This document shows, one piece after another, positions 27,467-36,974 of a stretch of DNA of 64,000 nt (the stretch's first letter is position 1; each line of letters opens with the position of its first letter). Under the pieces are notes generated by a model. It saw nothing but the letters and a program-made list of their open reading frames with translations. It searched no databases and had not been told where the DNA came from. This DNA is from Bacteroidales bacterium UBA4772 (GTDB lineage Bacteria > Bacteroidota > Bacteroidia > Bacteroidales > VadinHA17): assembly GCA_002403305.1 (NCBI GenBank), contig DHHM01000007.1, positions 1,446 to 65,445 on the forward strand, given 5' to 3'. A program made the translations under genes and the position numbers.

Positions 27467-28090
27467 TCAGGCAGTCATCAACGGAAAGCCCGAAATCTTC
27501 CTCGAATGGAAATAGGTAACTCCGTTCATCTTCGTCATGCTTATCAGGCTCAGTCCGTTCCTCTCAAGCATCTCGCAGACCTTGCTACTGTTGAGTGAAT
27601 GGCATTCCATACGACCAAAATGAAAAAGCCAGCCCGGGAAATCGTACTCCCTGCCAGGACGCTCCGTAACGGCACTCTCCCCTCGTTCCGGCGAAAAGCA
27701 ACCGACAAAATTTGTACCCGGGGGCAGTATCCGCGACAATGAGCTGAGAAACATCTCCAGGTGCTTTACCATGTTTAGTCTGCGGAGAGTTATCAGCGTC
27801 GTCGCTCTCCTCAGATCCACGGTTCCGAATGTGGCCCTGTCATGCCTTGACAGTATGATCACCCCCGGACCATTGAACAGTCCGCGATTCCTCAAATAGC
27901 GGAAGAGCCTCACACCCCCGGAAGCGATAAGCTTTACCACCCGGTAAATCAAACCCGCCCTCATACGGTGAATCAACCCCGCCCTGATACGATAATTCAG
28001 CCCTGCCCCAACACGGTGAATCAACCCCACCCTGACGCGCTGAAAACTGATGCATCCGGGCCATACTCCCGAAGTAATTCTCCTGCTCAT
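27467..28090 (-). CDS. Hypothetical protein, degenerate SAM-methyltransferase-like C-terminal domain
   Basis: LITLRRLNMVKHLEMFLSSLSRILPPGTNFVGCF and EMLERNGL resemble post-motif segments of class I MTases; N-terminal 8-aa repeats; start uncertain. Confidence 0.5.
   Translation of the reverse strand: MSRRITSGVWPGCISFQRVRVGLIHRVGAGLNYRIRAGLIHRMRAGLIYRVVKLIASGGVRLFRYLRNRGLFNGPGVIILSRHDRATFGTVDLRRATTLITLRRLNMVKHLEMFLSSLSRILPPGTNFVGCFSPERGESAVTERPGREYDFPGWLFHFGRMECHSLNSSKVCEMLERNGLSLISMTKMNGVTYFHSRKISGFPLMTA
27943..28038. repeat. 24-bp tandem repeat x4 inside hypothetical gene
   Basis: ggtaaatcaaacccgccctcatac / ggtgaatcaaccccgccctgatac / gataattcagccctgccccaacac / ggtgaatcaaccccaccctgacgc. Confidence 0.85.
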
Positions 28091-28387
28091 TTCAGTTTGA
28101 TTTAATACTGATCCTTAATCCATGGATTTCAGGTTTAAATCCATGATAAAGATAATACACCGGGCAGGGGAATGCAAACTTCATAAGACCATATAATGTG
28201 CATTTGCGTCGTTACGTAAAGACTTCGTCAACCGGTATGGAAGGTTCATTGACACAAACGGGCAACTCAGCCCGCCGAAGAGGTTATTAGTCAAAATTCA
28301 TCAGGTTTTGACGAGCGAAATCAAAAAGAGGACTAAATTTTAGTAAAGTTCCGGAGTCAGAGGTACGAAGTGCCTCTTCGCAGCCAC

Positions 28388-28849
28388 TTAAAAGAGAACA
28401 ACAGCATCCCTGATCACCTGCGAGGCATCATCGGTAGCATATAGCTTCATGCTCACCTCCGGTATCGAATGCTGCAGTATATCGGTCAGCGGATTGAATG
28501 ACTCCCTGAGATCAGCTGAACCCCTCATGTCATCATACTCCTCAAGGGGAATATATATATGAACCAGCAGTCGGTAGTCGGGATTGTTTATCCTTGATAG
28601 CGACTTGATGATCTTGGAGATCCAGAGCATGGAGGATGTGTTGAAATACTCAAGATTAAGCCTCAGATTGGTAACCGGCTGAGGATAAAGTATATAGTCG
28701 GTTACCCAGTTTAATACAGGTTCATAAATCCTGGAGGCATTCTCAGGCAGTGATTTGCCTGAAAAAGAGATCTCTCCTCTTCCGTGAATAAGCTCAATCC
28801 TCGGAGTCTTTGACGTTTTCTCTATTACAAGATCTTTTAATTCTTCCAT
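28388..28849 (-). CDS. SiaC family regulatory phosphoprotein (DUF1987)
   Basis: LVIEKTSKTPRI, FSGKSLPENA...YEPVLNW, LEYFNTSS motif; ATG 28849 chosen. Confidence 0.8.
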   Translation of the reverse strand: MEELKDLVIEKTSKTPRIELIHGRGEISFSGKSLPENASRIYEPVLNWVTDYILYPQPVTNLRLNLEYFNTSSMLWISKIIKSLSRINNPDYRLLVHIYIPLEEYDDMRGSADLRESFNPLTDILQHSIPEVSMKLYATDDASQVIRDAVVLF

Positions 28850-29040
28850 AAAAAGTTCTTCCCTGAAGTCCGGCAAAACAATATGCCGGATTATACTATT
28901 CAAAATTAATTGTTGCCGCATCAAGTTCATAACCATTTATCAAAATATGAAGCACGGTCATCAACTTTTTCGCCTGTTCGTCAATGAAACCCGGAGATTG
29001 TCATTTCGTGTGGTACTACTCCATCCTGAAAGACCGTTTT

Positions 29041-29676
29041 CTACATATCCGGAAATGCATCTGCATAATCGGCCGCCGAGCGTCTTATCACCTCCTGGGC
29101 CTCCTCCCTGTCATAGATCTCTTCAATGGTGACTTTGCGCTCCTCTCCCGGAAGGTTTTTATATGTCAGGAAATAATGCTTCAGCCTCTCAATGGCAATG
29201 GGCGGGCAATCTCCAATATCATTGTACACACCGTATACAGCATCGTTGTAGAGTACCGCAATGATCTTGTCGTCAGCCTCATTTCCGTCTATCATCCGGA
29301 AGCCGCCAATGGGTCTTGCCAGGACAAGTATATCACCGTGGGTTATATCTTTTTCGGTCAGGATACATATATCCATGGCATCGCCGTCACCCCTGATGCC
29401 TGTCATTCCTGTGCGTTCCATACATCTTTCCGCCACAGCCGTTCCGGTGAGCGTCCTCGGGATGAAGCCGTAGAGGGCAGGAACCACGTTAGAGTAGCGC
29501 TGCGGCCTGTCGAGCCGGAGATAGCCCGACACTTTATCCATCTCGTACTTGACGGTATCGGTGGGTACCATCTCTACAAAGGTCATAACTATCTCAGGTG
29601 CATTTTCCCCTATATCGATCCCGTGCCATGGATGCGACCTGAACCGGCAGCAGTCATTCCCGTCACTCTTCTTCAT
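29041..29676 (-). CDS. ppa: Family I inorganic pyrophosphatase
   Basis: HPWHG, KYEMDK, YGFIPRT, GDGDAMD, DGNEADDKIIAV, FLTYK; ATG 29676 chosen. Confidence 0.92.
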   Translation of the reverse strand: MKKSDGNDCCRFRSHPWHGIDIGENAPEIVMTFVEMVPTDTVKYEMDKVSGYLRLDRPQRYSNVVPALYGFIPRTLTGTAVAERCMERTGMTGIRGDGDAMDICILTEKDITHGDILVLARPIGGFRMIDGNEADDKIIAVLYNDAVYGVYNDIGDCPPIAIERLKHYFLTYKNLPGEERKVTIEEIYDREEAQEVIRRSAADYADAFPDM

Positions 29677-29792
29677 TATGATTTCAGTTTTGTCTTCAAA
29701 TGTTAAACAGTTGTTTATGTGTATAATGAAACCCGGATGAAATATAATCATCAAATCCGTTTATGGTACCTGCTCATGCAAATTTCATTAAT

Positions 29793-30593
29793 TCAGATTC
29801 CAAGGTACACTCCTATCAGTTCCGGGTCTGTATCATCAAGCAATGGCAGGCCGGGTAGCCTGAAGAGGTTTGATGATGAGCTTCCGGCGACATCGCGTTC
29901 GGAGGTGCGTATAAAACGGTAGCCGTGCCTCTGTGCGGCGGCGATGATATCCTCATCTCCCGCACCGTCGCCGTAGGGCAGTGCCAGCGCATCAACACTG
30001 CCGTATATATGTTCTTCAATCAGTCGCTTTGATCCTCCCAGCTCCTCATCGAGGTATGCTGCGAAGGCCTCGCCGCCGCCCAGGGCCTCCTTCATGGTCA
30101 TCAGAAAACGGTGATACAGGGTATGCGACCCGAAGGAGAAGGGCCTGACGCCTCCCTCATATGAATAGTGACTCATCTGTGCAACCTCGTCCCATGTAAG
30201 AAAAGAGTCCTTGCCCATCTGTGAGGCCCAGAGAAAGAAGGTGGCCTTCATGCGGTACTGTAAAAGCAGCGGTACTGCATGGGTGTACCACGAATGATCG
30301 CCATCGTCGAAGGTTATGACGGCAGCATGGGTGTTGAGCTTCGTCTCCCCACTGATAATATCCGCCAGCTCATCCAGGTCTATGACCCTGATATCATGGC
30401 TGCGGAGGTAATCCAGGTCACCCCTGAAGTCCGCCATGCTGCGCTCGTACAGATTTGTTGCCTCACCGGAGGTGATGCGATGATACATCAGTATGATCAC
30501 CCCGGGGCCATCAACAGGGTCAGGACCGGGATCCTTCGTACATCCGGCAAGCAGCGCCACGATCAGAAGAAAGAATATAGTCGGTTTATGCAT
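29793..30593 (-). CDS. Polysaccharide deacetylase family (CE4/NodB, PgaB-like) lipoprotein
   Basis: Lipobox LAGC; ILMYHRI, ITFDDG, GSHT..H, ALPYG. Confidence 0.85.
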   Translation of the reverse strand: MHKPTIFFLLIVALLAGCTKDPGPDPVDGPGVIILMYHRITSGEATNLYERSMADFRGDLDYLRSHDIRVIDLDELADIISGETKLNTHAAVITFDDGDHSWYTHAVPLLLQYRMKATFFLWASQMGKDSFLTWDEVAQMSHYSYEGGVRPFSFGSHTLYHRFLMTMKEALGGGEAFAAYLDEELGGSKRLIEEHIYGSVDALALPYGDGAGDEDIIAAAQRHGYRFIRTSERDVAGSSSSNLFRLPGLPLLDDTDPELIGVYLGI

Positions 30594-30756
30594 TGTTAAG
30601 TCGAAAGTCTATAAAGTCGAAGGTTATAAGCTTTGTCCTCCGTTGCCACATTGGGGAGGAGGGTCAAAACCACAATTTCCCATTATAAAACGGAGGAATA
30701 GGCGGTTTCTTGCATTCTGTGTTTATTTCCCTTCTTCCTGTCATAAGCCGGCAATT

Positions 30757-32790
30757 TCATCTTTTCGGTGATTCATCTGGTCGCTGTTTCGCGATACGTC
30801 GCATACCCTCTATCTCATCGCGCAGCCGTGCCGCCTCGATGAAGTCGAGAGCCGCCGCAGCCTTCTCCATCGCCTTGCGGCTCTTTTCTATAGCCTTCTC
30901 AAGCTGCTCCCTCGACATATATCTTATCACAGGGTCAGCTGCCACATCAATCTTCTCGGGGCCTGTATAGGCATTCACCTCCACCCCCTTGCGGCTCAGC
31001 CCCCGAAGCATTGCACCCTCCCTCTTCACTATCTGCCGTGGAGTGATACCCATCTCCTGATTGTATTTAAGCTGTTTGGCCCTCCTCCTGTTGGTCTCAT
31101 CGATCGTCTCCCTCATCGCTCCCGTGATCCTGTCGGCATACATCACCACCAGCCCGTTGAGATTCCTCGCCGCCCGTCCCGCCGTCTGTGTGAGTGCTCT
31201 CCCAGACCTCAGGAACCCCTCCTTGTCGGCGTCGAGGATGGCCACCAGGGAGACCTCCGGCAGATCAAGCCCCTCACGAAGGAGGTTGACACCCACCAGC
31301 ACATCAAACTCGCCCGAACGCAGACCCTCCAGTATCTCCACCCTCTCCAGCGTCTCCACGCCGGAGTGCATGTAACGGCAGCGGATATCATACCGGCCCA
31401 GGTAACTGTTCAGCTCTTCAGCCATTCTCTTGGTCATGGTTGTCACCAGCACCCTCTCACCTGCCGCAGACCGGTTTCTTATCTCCTCCATCAGGTCATC
31501 CACCTGGTTACGGCTGGGTCTTACGTCCACAGGCGGGTCGAGCAGCCCGGTAGGCCTGATCACCTGGTCAACGAAGACCCCCTCGCTCTTCTGCATCTCA
31601 TAATCGGCCGGGGTGGCACTCATAAATATAGTCTGACCCGTCAGCGCCTCAAACTCCTCCAGCCGCAGGGGCCTGTTATCCAGCGCTGCCGGGAGCCGGA
31701 AACCGTACTCCACCAGTGTCTGCTTCCGGGAATGGTCGCCACCGTACATAGCCCGTATCTGCGGCAGGGTGACATGGCTTTCGTCAATTACGGTAATAAA
31801 ATCCTCCGGAAAACAGTCCAGCAGGCAGAAGGGCCTGGTGCCCGGCGCCCTGCCGTCAAAATAGCGCGAGTAGTTCTCGATGCCGCTGCAGTAACCCAGC
31901 TCCTTGATCATCTCCAGGTCATACTGCACCCTCTGCTCTATCCTCTTGGCCTCCTCCGGCCTTCCCGTATCACGGAAGTGCCTGGACTGCAGCACCATGT
32001 CATCCTGTATCTGACCAACAGCGGTGTTGATGCGTTCACGGGTGGTGACGAAGAGGTTGGCAGGGTATATCACATACTCCGTGAGATCATCCCTGTGCTC
32101 CCCGCTGAGAGGATCAAAAGTTGAGATCTCCTCGATCTCATCACCGAAGAAGACTATGCGCAGTGCAAGGTCGGCATAGGCGGGATAGACATCCAGGGTG
32201 TCACCCCGCACCCTGAAGGTGCCATTGGTAAACTCCAGCTCGTTGCGCGCATACAGGCTATCGACCAGCTTCCGCAACACCACGTTGCGACCCGGTTTGC
32301 TGCCCTTGATGACATGCACCGTGTTCGACCGGAAGTCGTCGGGATTGCCGATGCCGAACAGACAGGAGACCGATGAGACGACTATGACGTCACGCCGGCC
32401 CGAGAGCAGCGATGAGGTGGCACTCAGACGCAGTTTTTCAAGCTCGTCGTTGATGGCCAGATCCTTCTCAATATAGGTATCGGTCACGGGCAGATAAGCC
32501 TCCGGTTGATAGTAATCGTAATAAGAGACAAAATACTCAACCGCATTGTCGGGAAAAAACTGTCTGAACTCACCGTAAAGCTGCGCTGCCAGAGTCTTGT
32601 TATGACTGAGAACAAGTACAGGCCTGTTCAACTGTTCAATGACATTTGCAATGGTGAAGGTCTTGCCGGAACCCGTAACTCCCAGGAGAGTCTGGTAAGG
32701 CACGCCCTGCAGCAGACCCCGGGTGAGCTGCCGTATTGCCTCCGGCTGGTCGCCCGTGGGCACATAGTCTGAAATGAGCTTGAATTCCAT
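30757..32790 (-). CDS. uvrB: Excinuclease ABC subunit B
   Basis: PTGDQPEAI, GVTGSGKT, YYDYYQPEAY, DESHVT, NLLREGLDLPEVSLV, C-terminal UVR domain. Confidence 0.98.
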   Translation of the reverse strand: MEFKLISDYVPTGDQPEAIRQLTRGLLQGVPYQTLLGVTGSGKTFTIANVIEQLNRPVLVLSHNKTLAAQLYGEFRQFFPDNAVEYFVSYYDYYQPEAYLPVTDTYIEKDLAINDELEKLRLSATSSLLSGRRDVIVVSSVSCLFGIGNPDDFRSNTVHVIKGSKPGRNVVLRKLVDSLYARNELEFTNGTFRVRGDTLDVYPAYADLALRIVFFGDEIEEISTFDPLSGEHRDDLTEYVIYPANLFVTTRERINTAVGQIQDDMVLQSRHFRDTGRPEEAKRIEQRVQYDLEMIKELGYCSGIENYSRYFDGRAPGTRPFCLLDCFPEDFITVIDESHVTLPQIRAMYGGDHSRKQTLVEYGFRLPAALDNRPLRLEEFEALTGQTIFMSATPADYEMQKSEGVFVDQVIRPTGLLDPPVDVRPSRNQVDDLMEEIRNRSAAGERVLVTTMTKRMAEELNSYLGRYDIRCRYMHSGVETLERVEILEGLRSGEFDVLVGVNLLREGLDLPEVSLVAILDADKEGFLRSGRALTQTAGRAARNLNGLVVMYADRITGAMRETIDETNRRRAKQLKYNQEMGITPRQIVKREGAMLRGLSRKGVEVNAYTGPEKIDVAADPVIRYMSREQLEKAIEKSRKAMEKAAAALDFIEAARLRDEIEGMRRIAKQRPDESPKR

Positions 32791-32805
32791 AGGATGTTAC
32801 GGAGA

Positions 32806-32813
32806 CAAAAATA
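32806..32813 (-). promoter_or_regulatory. -7 box (TATTTTTG) for uvrB
   Basis: Exact TAnnTTTG 15 nt upstream of ATG. Confidence 0.6.
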
Positions 32814-32966
32814 ACAATTCAGATCAATAGGCAGAGAGGGAATCCGGGGTTTAATACCAAACCGACTGTTGTGAAGCTTTTATCCCTCTTTTTACTATAT
32901 TTCCTCAACAAATCCGGGCGCAGGCCTTGATTTTTGTTTGCATGTCTGTAATCGGGCGTTTTTATG

Positions 32967-32974
32967 TAAGTTTG
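32967..32974 (+). promoter_or_regulatory. -7 box (TAAGTTTG) for histidine kinase gene
   Basis: Exact TAnnTTTG 16 nt upstream of GTG. Confidence 0.6.
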
Positions 32975-32990
32975 ATCAGAGGTTGGTACT

Positions 32991-35900
32991 GTGAAACATA
33001 CCGAATACAAATATTCTCCGGTACGACTGCTAACAGCGGTTTTTCTCTTGCTTTTCTCTATGGCCGGAGTTGATGCACAATCCTATGTGCTCACAAATTA
33101 CACCTCAAGGGACGGAATAGGACATGACCACGTGAGACGTGTGGTGGCTGACAGCAGTGGTTTCATATGGATTGCTACGTGGGACGGGCTGACAAGGTAT
33201 GACGGCACGGACTTCGTGAACTATTTCCACGACCCGGCAGATAGCACTACCCTTCCCTATTTTTCCGTCAACTCTGTTGTGATCGATGGCATTGACGACC
33301 TCTGGCTGACAACTGACAACGGTGTGCTCTGCAAGTTTGACCGTGCCGTGGAGGAGTTCAGGGTGATCAGGATGCTGAACAATCACTCCATGGCTGATCT
33401 GGTGGACTTTGCTGCGGGCCCTGACGGTCTGCTGTGGTTTGTACTGCGGAGTGAGTTGCTCAGTTATGACCCCTTAAAGGGTAAGACAACATCATATATA
33501 TGGTCACAAAAACTTACCGACCTGGCAATGTTCTACTTCAGCCAGTTCAGCATCACCTTCGGCGACGCTGATAAGATATGGCTGACAGGGCCTACAGTAA
33601 TAGAGGCAGCACTGGAAAGAGACACCCTGACGGGTGAAGGACGGGCAGTAATCAGAAGCGTAAACAGCATCAGATGGCAGACCGGCAGACCGGGCACTTT
33701 CTTTGGCAATACCGGGGCGTCACGCATCACACGTGACAGTGAGGGAAACCTGTGGCTGGCATCCCTTAAGGGGTTGTTCAGGTATGACAGGGAACAGTCT
33801 CTCTTCACGGAATACGGTGGCAGTTGCAGTGACCTGACATTCAGAGACACAATCCCGATGGCATTCTACAGCCACGACAGCGGAATAAATATATGGTTCC
33901 CCGCGAGAAACAGAATAACAACGATACCGAAGGAGATTACGGGACTGCCCACTGCGATTTTCTTCTACGATGATGACATGCTCTGGTTTGCAACCCAGAC
34001 AGAGGGCAATACCTACAAAGGAATTACCAAGGCTGTCTTTACCTCCCGTGAATTCAGACATATTGCCCCTTATACCGCCAGAGGTGGCGAGCTTAACATT
34101 TTCGGTATTGCCGGTGACAGCCAGGGTGCTCTCTGGCTTGCAGCCAGAGACAGGAATTATCTCATCAGGATAACGGCGCAGGGTAAAACTGAAAAGCTTA
34201 ACATACTCAGTGAAGAGGAACAGACCGAACTATGGCACCCGAGAGCATTCCTTCCCCACGAGAAAGGCATGTGGATCGGATACTACTTTAACAGACTGGT
34301 ATGGTATGATGCTGCCACACGGCAGATGGAAAAACACAGCCCGGCTGCATTTGCACATACCCTCTGTTACGACAGCGAGGGACGGATACTGATTGCCGAC
34401 CATGGCATAAAAAGGTTTGACCCGGAGACCGGGGCTGCGGAGAGCCTTTACGACCTGGGAGATACAATCAACATCTTTACCCTTCATCGCCAAGGCGAAA
34501 TCCTGTGGGCCGGATGCAACTACAGCTATCTCATGCGCCTCGACCTGGTTACCCGCACAGCCGATTTTTTAAAGATAACCCGTGGAACTACCAATATCGA
34601 GGACATATGCGACGGTGATGACGGCGCACTGTGGCTTGCCACCCTGGGTACAGGCGTATGCAGGTATGATCCGGCCACTGGCGAAAGATTTTTCTACACT
34701 ACTGCATCAGGACTCTCAAACAACACTACATACTCTCTTCTCAGGGACAACGAAGGCAACATCTGGGCATCCACCAACAACGGAATCTCGGTTATTAATC
34801 CTGCCAGCGGACTCATCAGGGTGTTCGGGGAGAATGACGGACTGATGATTCATGAATTCAATTCAGATGCATCATGGGTGACCGGCGACGGCAGGTTCAT
34901 CCTCGGCGGCGTCGGCGGCGCCGTGGAGTTTGACCCGGCTCAGATCCTGAGCGGCTCTAATGAAAAACTGTCAAATGATATTGTACTGGAGGAGATGGAG
35001 GTGTCAGCGATAAGGAAATTCCCCGGAAAACCTCTTTACCGTGCTGACACCATCACAATCGAAAAGGGGAATGACAATTTCCACCTCTCCTTTACGGTCC
35101 CCGAATACCGGCACCCGGAAAAGATCAGGTACAGGTACCGCATCAACGGCGAAAACAATAACTGGTACCACACAGACCACAGCGACAGGAACATCAACTT
35201 CTCAAACCTCAAGCCCGGATGGTATGACCTGGAGATCCAGGCAACGGATTTCAGCGGATCGTGGAGCATCTCAAGGAAGATAGCCATCTTCATTAAGCCT
35301 TACTTCTACCAGACAACACTCTTCCGCATCGGATTCCCGCTGACCGTTCTGGCCCTGCTGACACTTTTTTCCGCATTTATCATCATGCAGATGAAACACA
35401 GGGAACAGCAGAAGCGCGATGCGCTGCGCCAGCAGGCTCTCAGAGGACAGATGAATCCGCACTTCATCTTCAATGCCATGAACTCTATCAATTACTTTAT
35501 CTCCAACAACGACCGCCGCTCTGCCAACAGGTATATATCAGACTTTTCAAAACTTATCAGGACTGTCCTCAACAATATGAATGAAGACTACGTCAGGCTG
35601 AGCGCGGAGCTGGAGTTGCTTGAAGATTATCTTGATATTGAACATCTGAGGTTCGGCGACAAGTTCGACTATACGCTGCACATCGATCCCCTGATCACCC
35701 CTGAGGCGGTGATGGTCTCTCCGGGCTTCGTTCAGCCATTCGTTGAAAATGCTATCTGGCACGGTGTGATGGGACTGGAAGAAAGGAAGGGAACGATTAC
35801 CATTGATGTTACCATGAAAGAAAAGACCGTTATCTGCACAGTAGATGACGATGGCGTAGGCAGGGCCAGATCAGAAGCCATGAAAGACAGGAGCCTCCAC

Positions 35901-36053
35901 GGCAAGTCCAGGGGTATCGCTCTTGCAATGGAACGGCTCAGGATAATCAACAACCTGCATTCCGCAAATTGCCGGATAGATATCAGCGACCTTTACCCTG
36001 ACAACAGGGAAACAGGAACCAGGGTTGTTATCGAAATCCCGGTGAAACCCTGA
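32991..36053 (+). CDS. LytS/YehU-type sensor histidine kinase with periplasmic beta-propeller (Reg_prop) and Y_Y_Y domains
   Basis: Repeated D..G.LW.AT..GL blades, Y_Y_Y domain, one TM, ALRGQMNPHFIFNAMNSI (His_kinase), QPFVENAIWHG, DDGVG. Confidence 0.93.
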   Translation: MKHTEYKYSPVRLLTAVFLLLFSMAGVDAQSYVLTNYTSRDGIGHDHVRRVVADSSGFIWIATWDGLTRYDGTDFVNYFHDPADSTTLPYFSVNSVVIDGIDDLWLTTDNGVLCKFDRAVEEFRVIRMLNNHSMADLVDFAAGPDGLLWFVLRSELLSYDPLKGKTTSYIWSQKLTDLAMFYFSQFSITFGDADKIWLTGPTVIEAALERDTLTGEGRAVIRSVNSIRWQTGRPGTFFGNTGASRITRDSEGNLWLASLKGLFRYDREQSLFTEYGGSCSDLTFRDTIPMAFYSHDSGINIWFPARNRITTIPKEITGLPTAIFFYDDDMLWFATQTEGNTYKGITKAVFTSREFRHIAPYTARGGELNIFGIAGDSQGALWLAARDRNYLIRITAQGKTEKLNILSEEEQTELWHPRAFLPHEKGMWIGYYFNRLVWYDAATRQMEKHSPAAFAHTLCYDSEGRILIADHGIKRFDPETGAAESLYDLGDTINIFTLHRQGEILWAGCNYSYLMRLDLVTRTADFLKITRGTTNIEDICDGDDGALWLATLGTGVCRYDPATGERFFYTTASGLSNNTTYSLLRDNEGNIWASTNNGISVINPASGLIRVFGENDGLMIHEFNSDASWVTGDGRFILGGVGGAVEFDPAQILSGSNEKLSNDIVLEEMEVSAIRKFPGKPLYRADTITIEKGNDNFHLSFTVPEYRHPEKIRYRYRINGENNNWYHTDHSDRNINFSNLKPGWYDLEIQATDFSGSWSISRKIAIFIKPYFYQTTLFRIGFPLTVLALLTLFSAFIIMQMKHREQQKRDALRQQALRGQMNPHFIFNAMNSINYFISNNDRRSANRYISDFSKLIRTVLNNMNEDYVRLSAELELLEDYLDIEHLRFGDKFDYTLHIDPLITPEAVMVSPGFVQPFVENAIWHGVMGLEERKGTITIDVTMKEKTVICTVDDDGVGRARSEAMKDRSLHGKSRGIALAMERLRIINNLHSANCRIDISDLYPDNRETGTRVVIEIPVKP

Positions 36054-36102
36054 AAGCAACAAATACAAAATCAGGCATACAACATCCCAACCTTCAGGAA
36101 AT

Positions 36103-36846
36103 ATGATACGTGCTTTAATAATTGATGATGAACGACCTGCCAGGGAGGTAATTGCAAACTACCTCGCTGAATATTGTCCTGACGTCGAGGTGGTCAGCCA
36201 TGCCTCGTCCGTCAGGGAAGGCTATACAGCAATAAAAGCCAGTTCGCCGGATGTGGTTTTTCTCGATGTGGAGATGGCTGACGGCACAGGCTTTGACCTG
36301 CTTTCAATGTTTGACACGGTCGATTTCAGGGTTATCTTTGTCACCGCCTACAGTGAATATGCCATCAGGGCCTTCAGGTTCAGCGCGGCAGATTACCTCC
36401 TTAAACCGGTAAGCATAGATGAACTTATTGATGCTGTGGAAAAGGTCAGGAGAGCTGATAATACCGGCCTTAACAGCGAAGTTATCTCATCCCTCCTGAA
36501 AAACCTGAGGGAGGGACCAGCAAGGAAGTCGACGCTCATAATTCCCAACATAAAGGGATTTGAAGTGCTGAAGGTGCCTGAGATCATCATGTGCCAGGCC
36601 GATGGATACTGTACAAACTTTCACCTTACCGGTCAGAGGAAGGTGGTCAGCTCCAAAAACCTCAAACATTTCGACGGACTGCTTGCCGATCAGGGATTCT
36701 TGCGCGTTCACCACTCCTATCTTATTAATCTGGAACACGTTACGGGATACACTAAACAGGGGGAGATACTGTTGTCAGAGAACCTGAAGGCCAGTCTGGG
36801 CAACTCCTACAAATCTGAGTTTATCAGGAGGTTCACCGGAAAATAG
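36103..36846 (+). CDS. LytTR family two-component response regulator
   Basis: IIDDE, FLDVEM, FVTAY, DYLLKP; C-terminal FLRVHHSYLINL. Confidence 0.95.
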   Translation: MIRALIIDDERPAREVIANYLAEYCPDVEVVSHASSVREGYTAIKASSPDVVFLDVEMADGTGFDLLSMFDTVDFRVIFVTAYSEYAIRAFRFSAADYLLKPVSIDELIDAVEKVRRADNTGLNSEVISSLLKNLREGPARKSTLIIPNIKGFEVLKVPEIIMCQADGYCTNFHLTGQRKVVSSKNLKHFDGLLADQGFLRVHHSYLINLEHVTGYTKQGEILLSENLKASLGNSYKSEFIRRFTGK

Positions 36847-36868
36847 TTTTTCTGTGGAGTCAGATTGG

Positions 36869-36901
36869 TTCATCTGTTGGGCCATATCATTCATCTGTTG
36901 G
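36869..36901 (+). promoter_or_regulatory. Perfect 12-bp direct repeat TTCATCTGTTGG with 21-bp period, putative LytTR operator
   Basis: Copies at 36869-36880 and 36890-36901 immediately after the LytTR gene. Confidence 0.6.
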
Positions 36902-36974
36902 CTCAGGGGATGGTTCTGTGAGTTCCACCCTCCTGCATGCGCGAAGATACTTTCGTTTTGGTTATTTTTACGGT

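Noticed and set aside
26092-30600. Integrative element at tRNA-Pro
   Set aside because: No integrase or recombinase and no duplicated tRNA 3' end found
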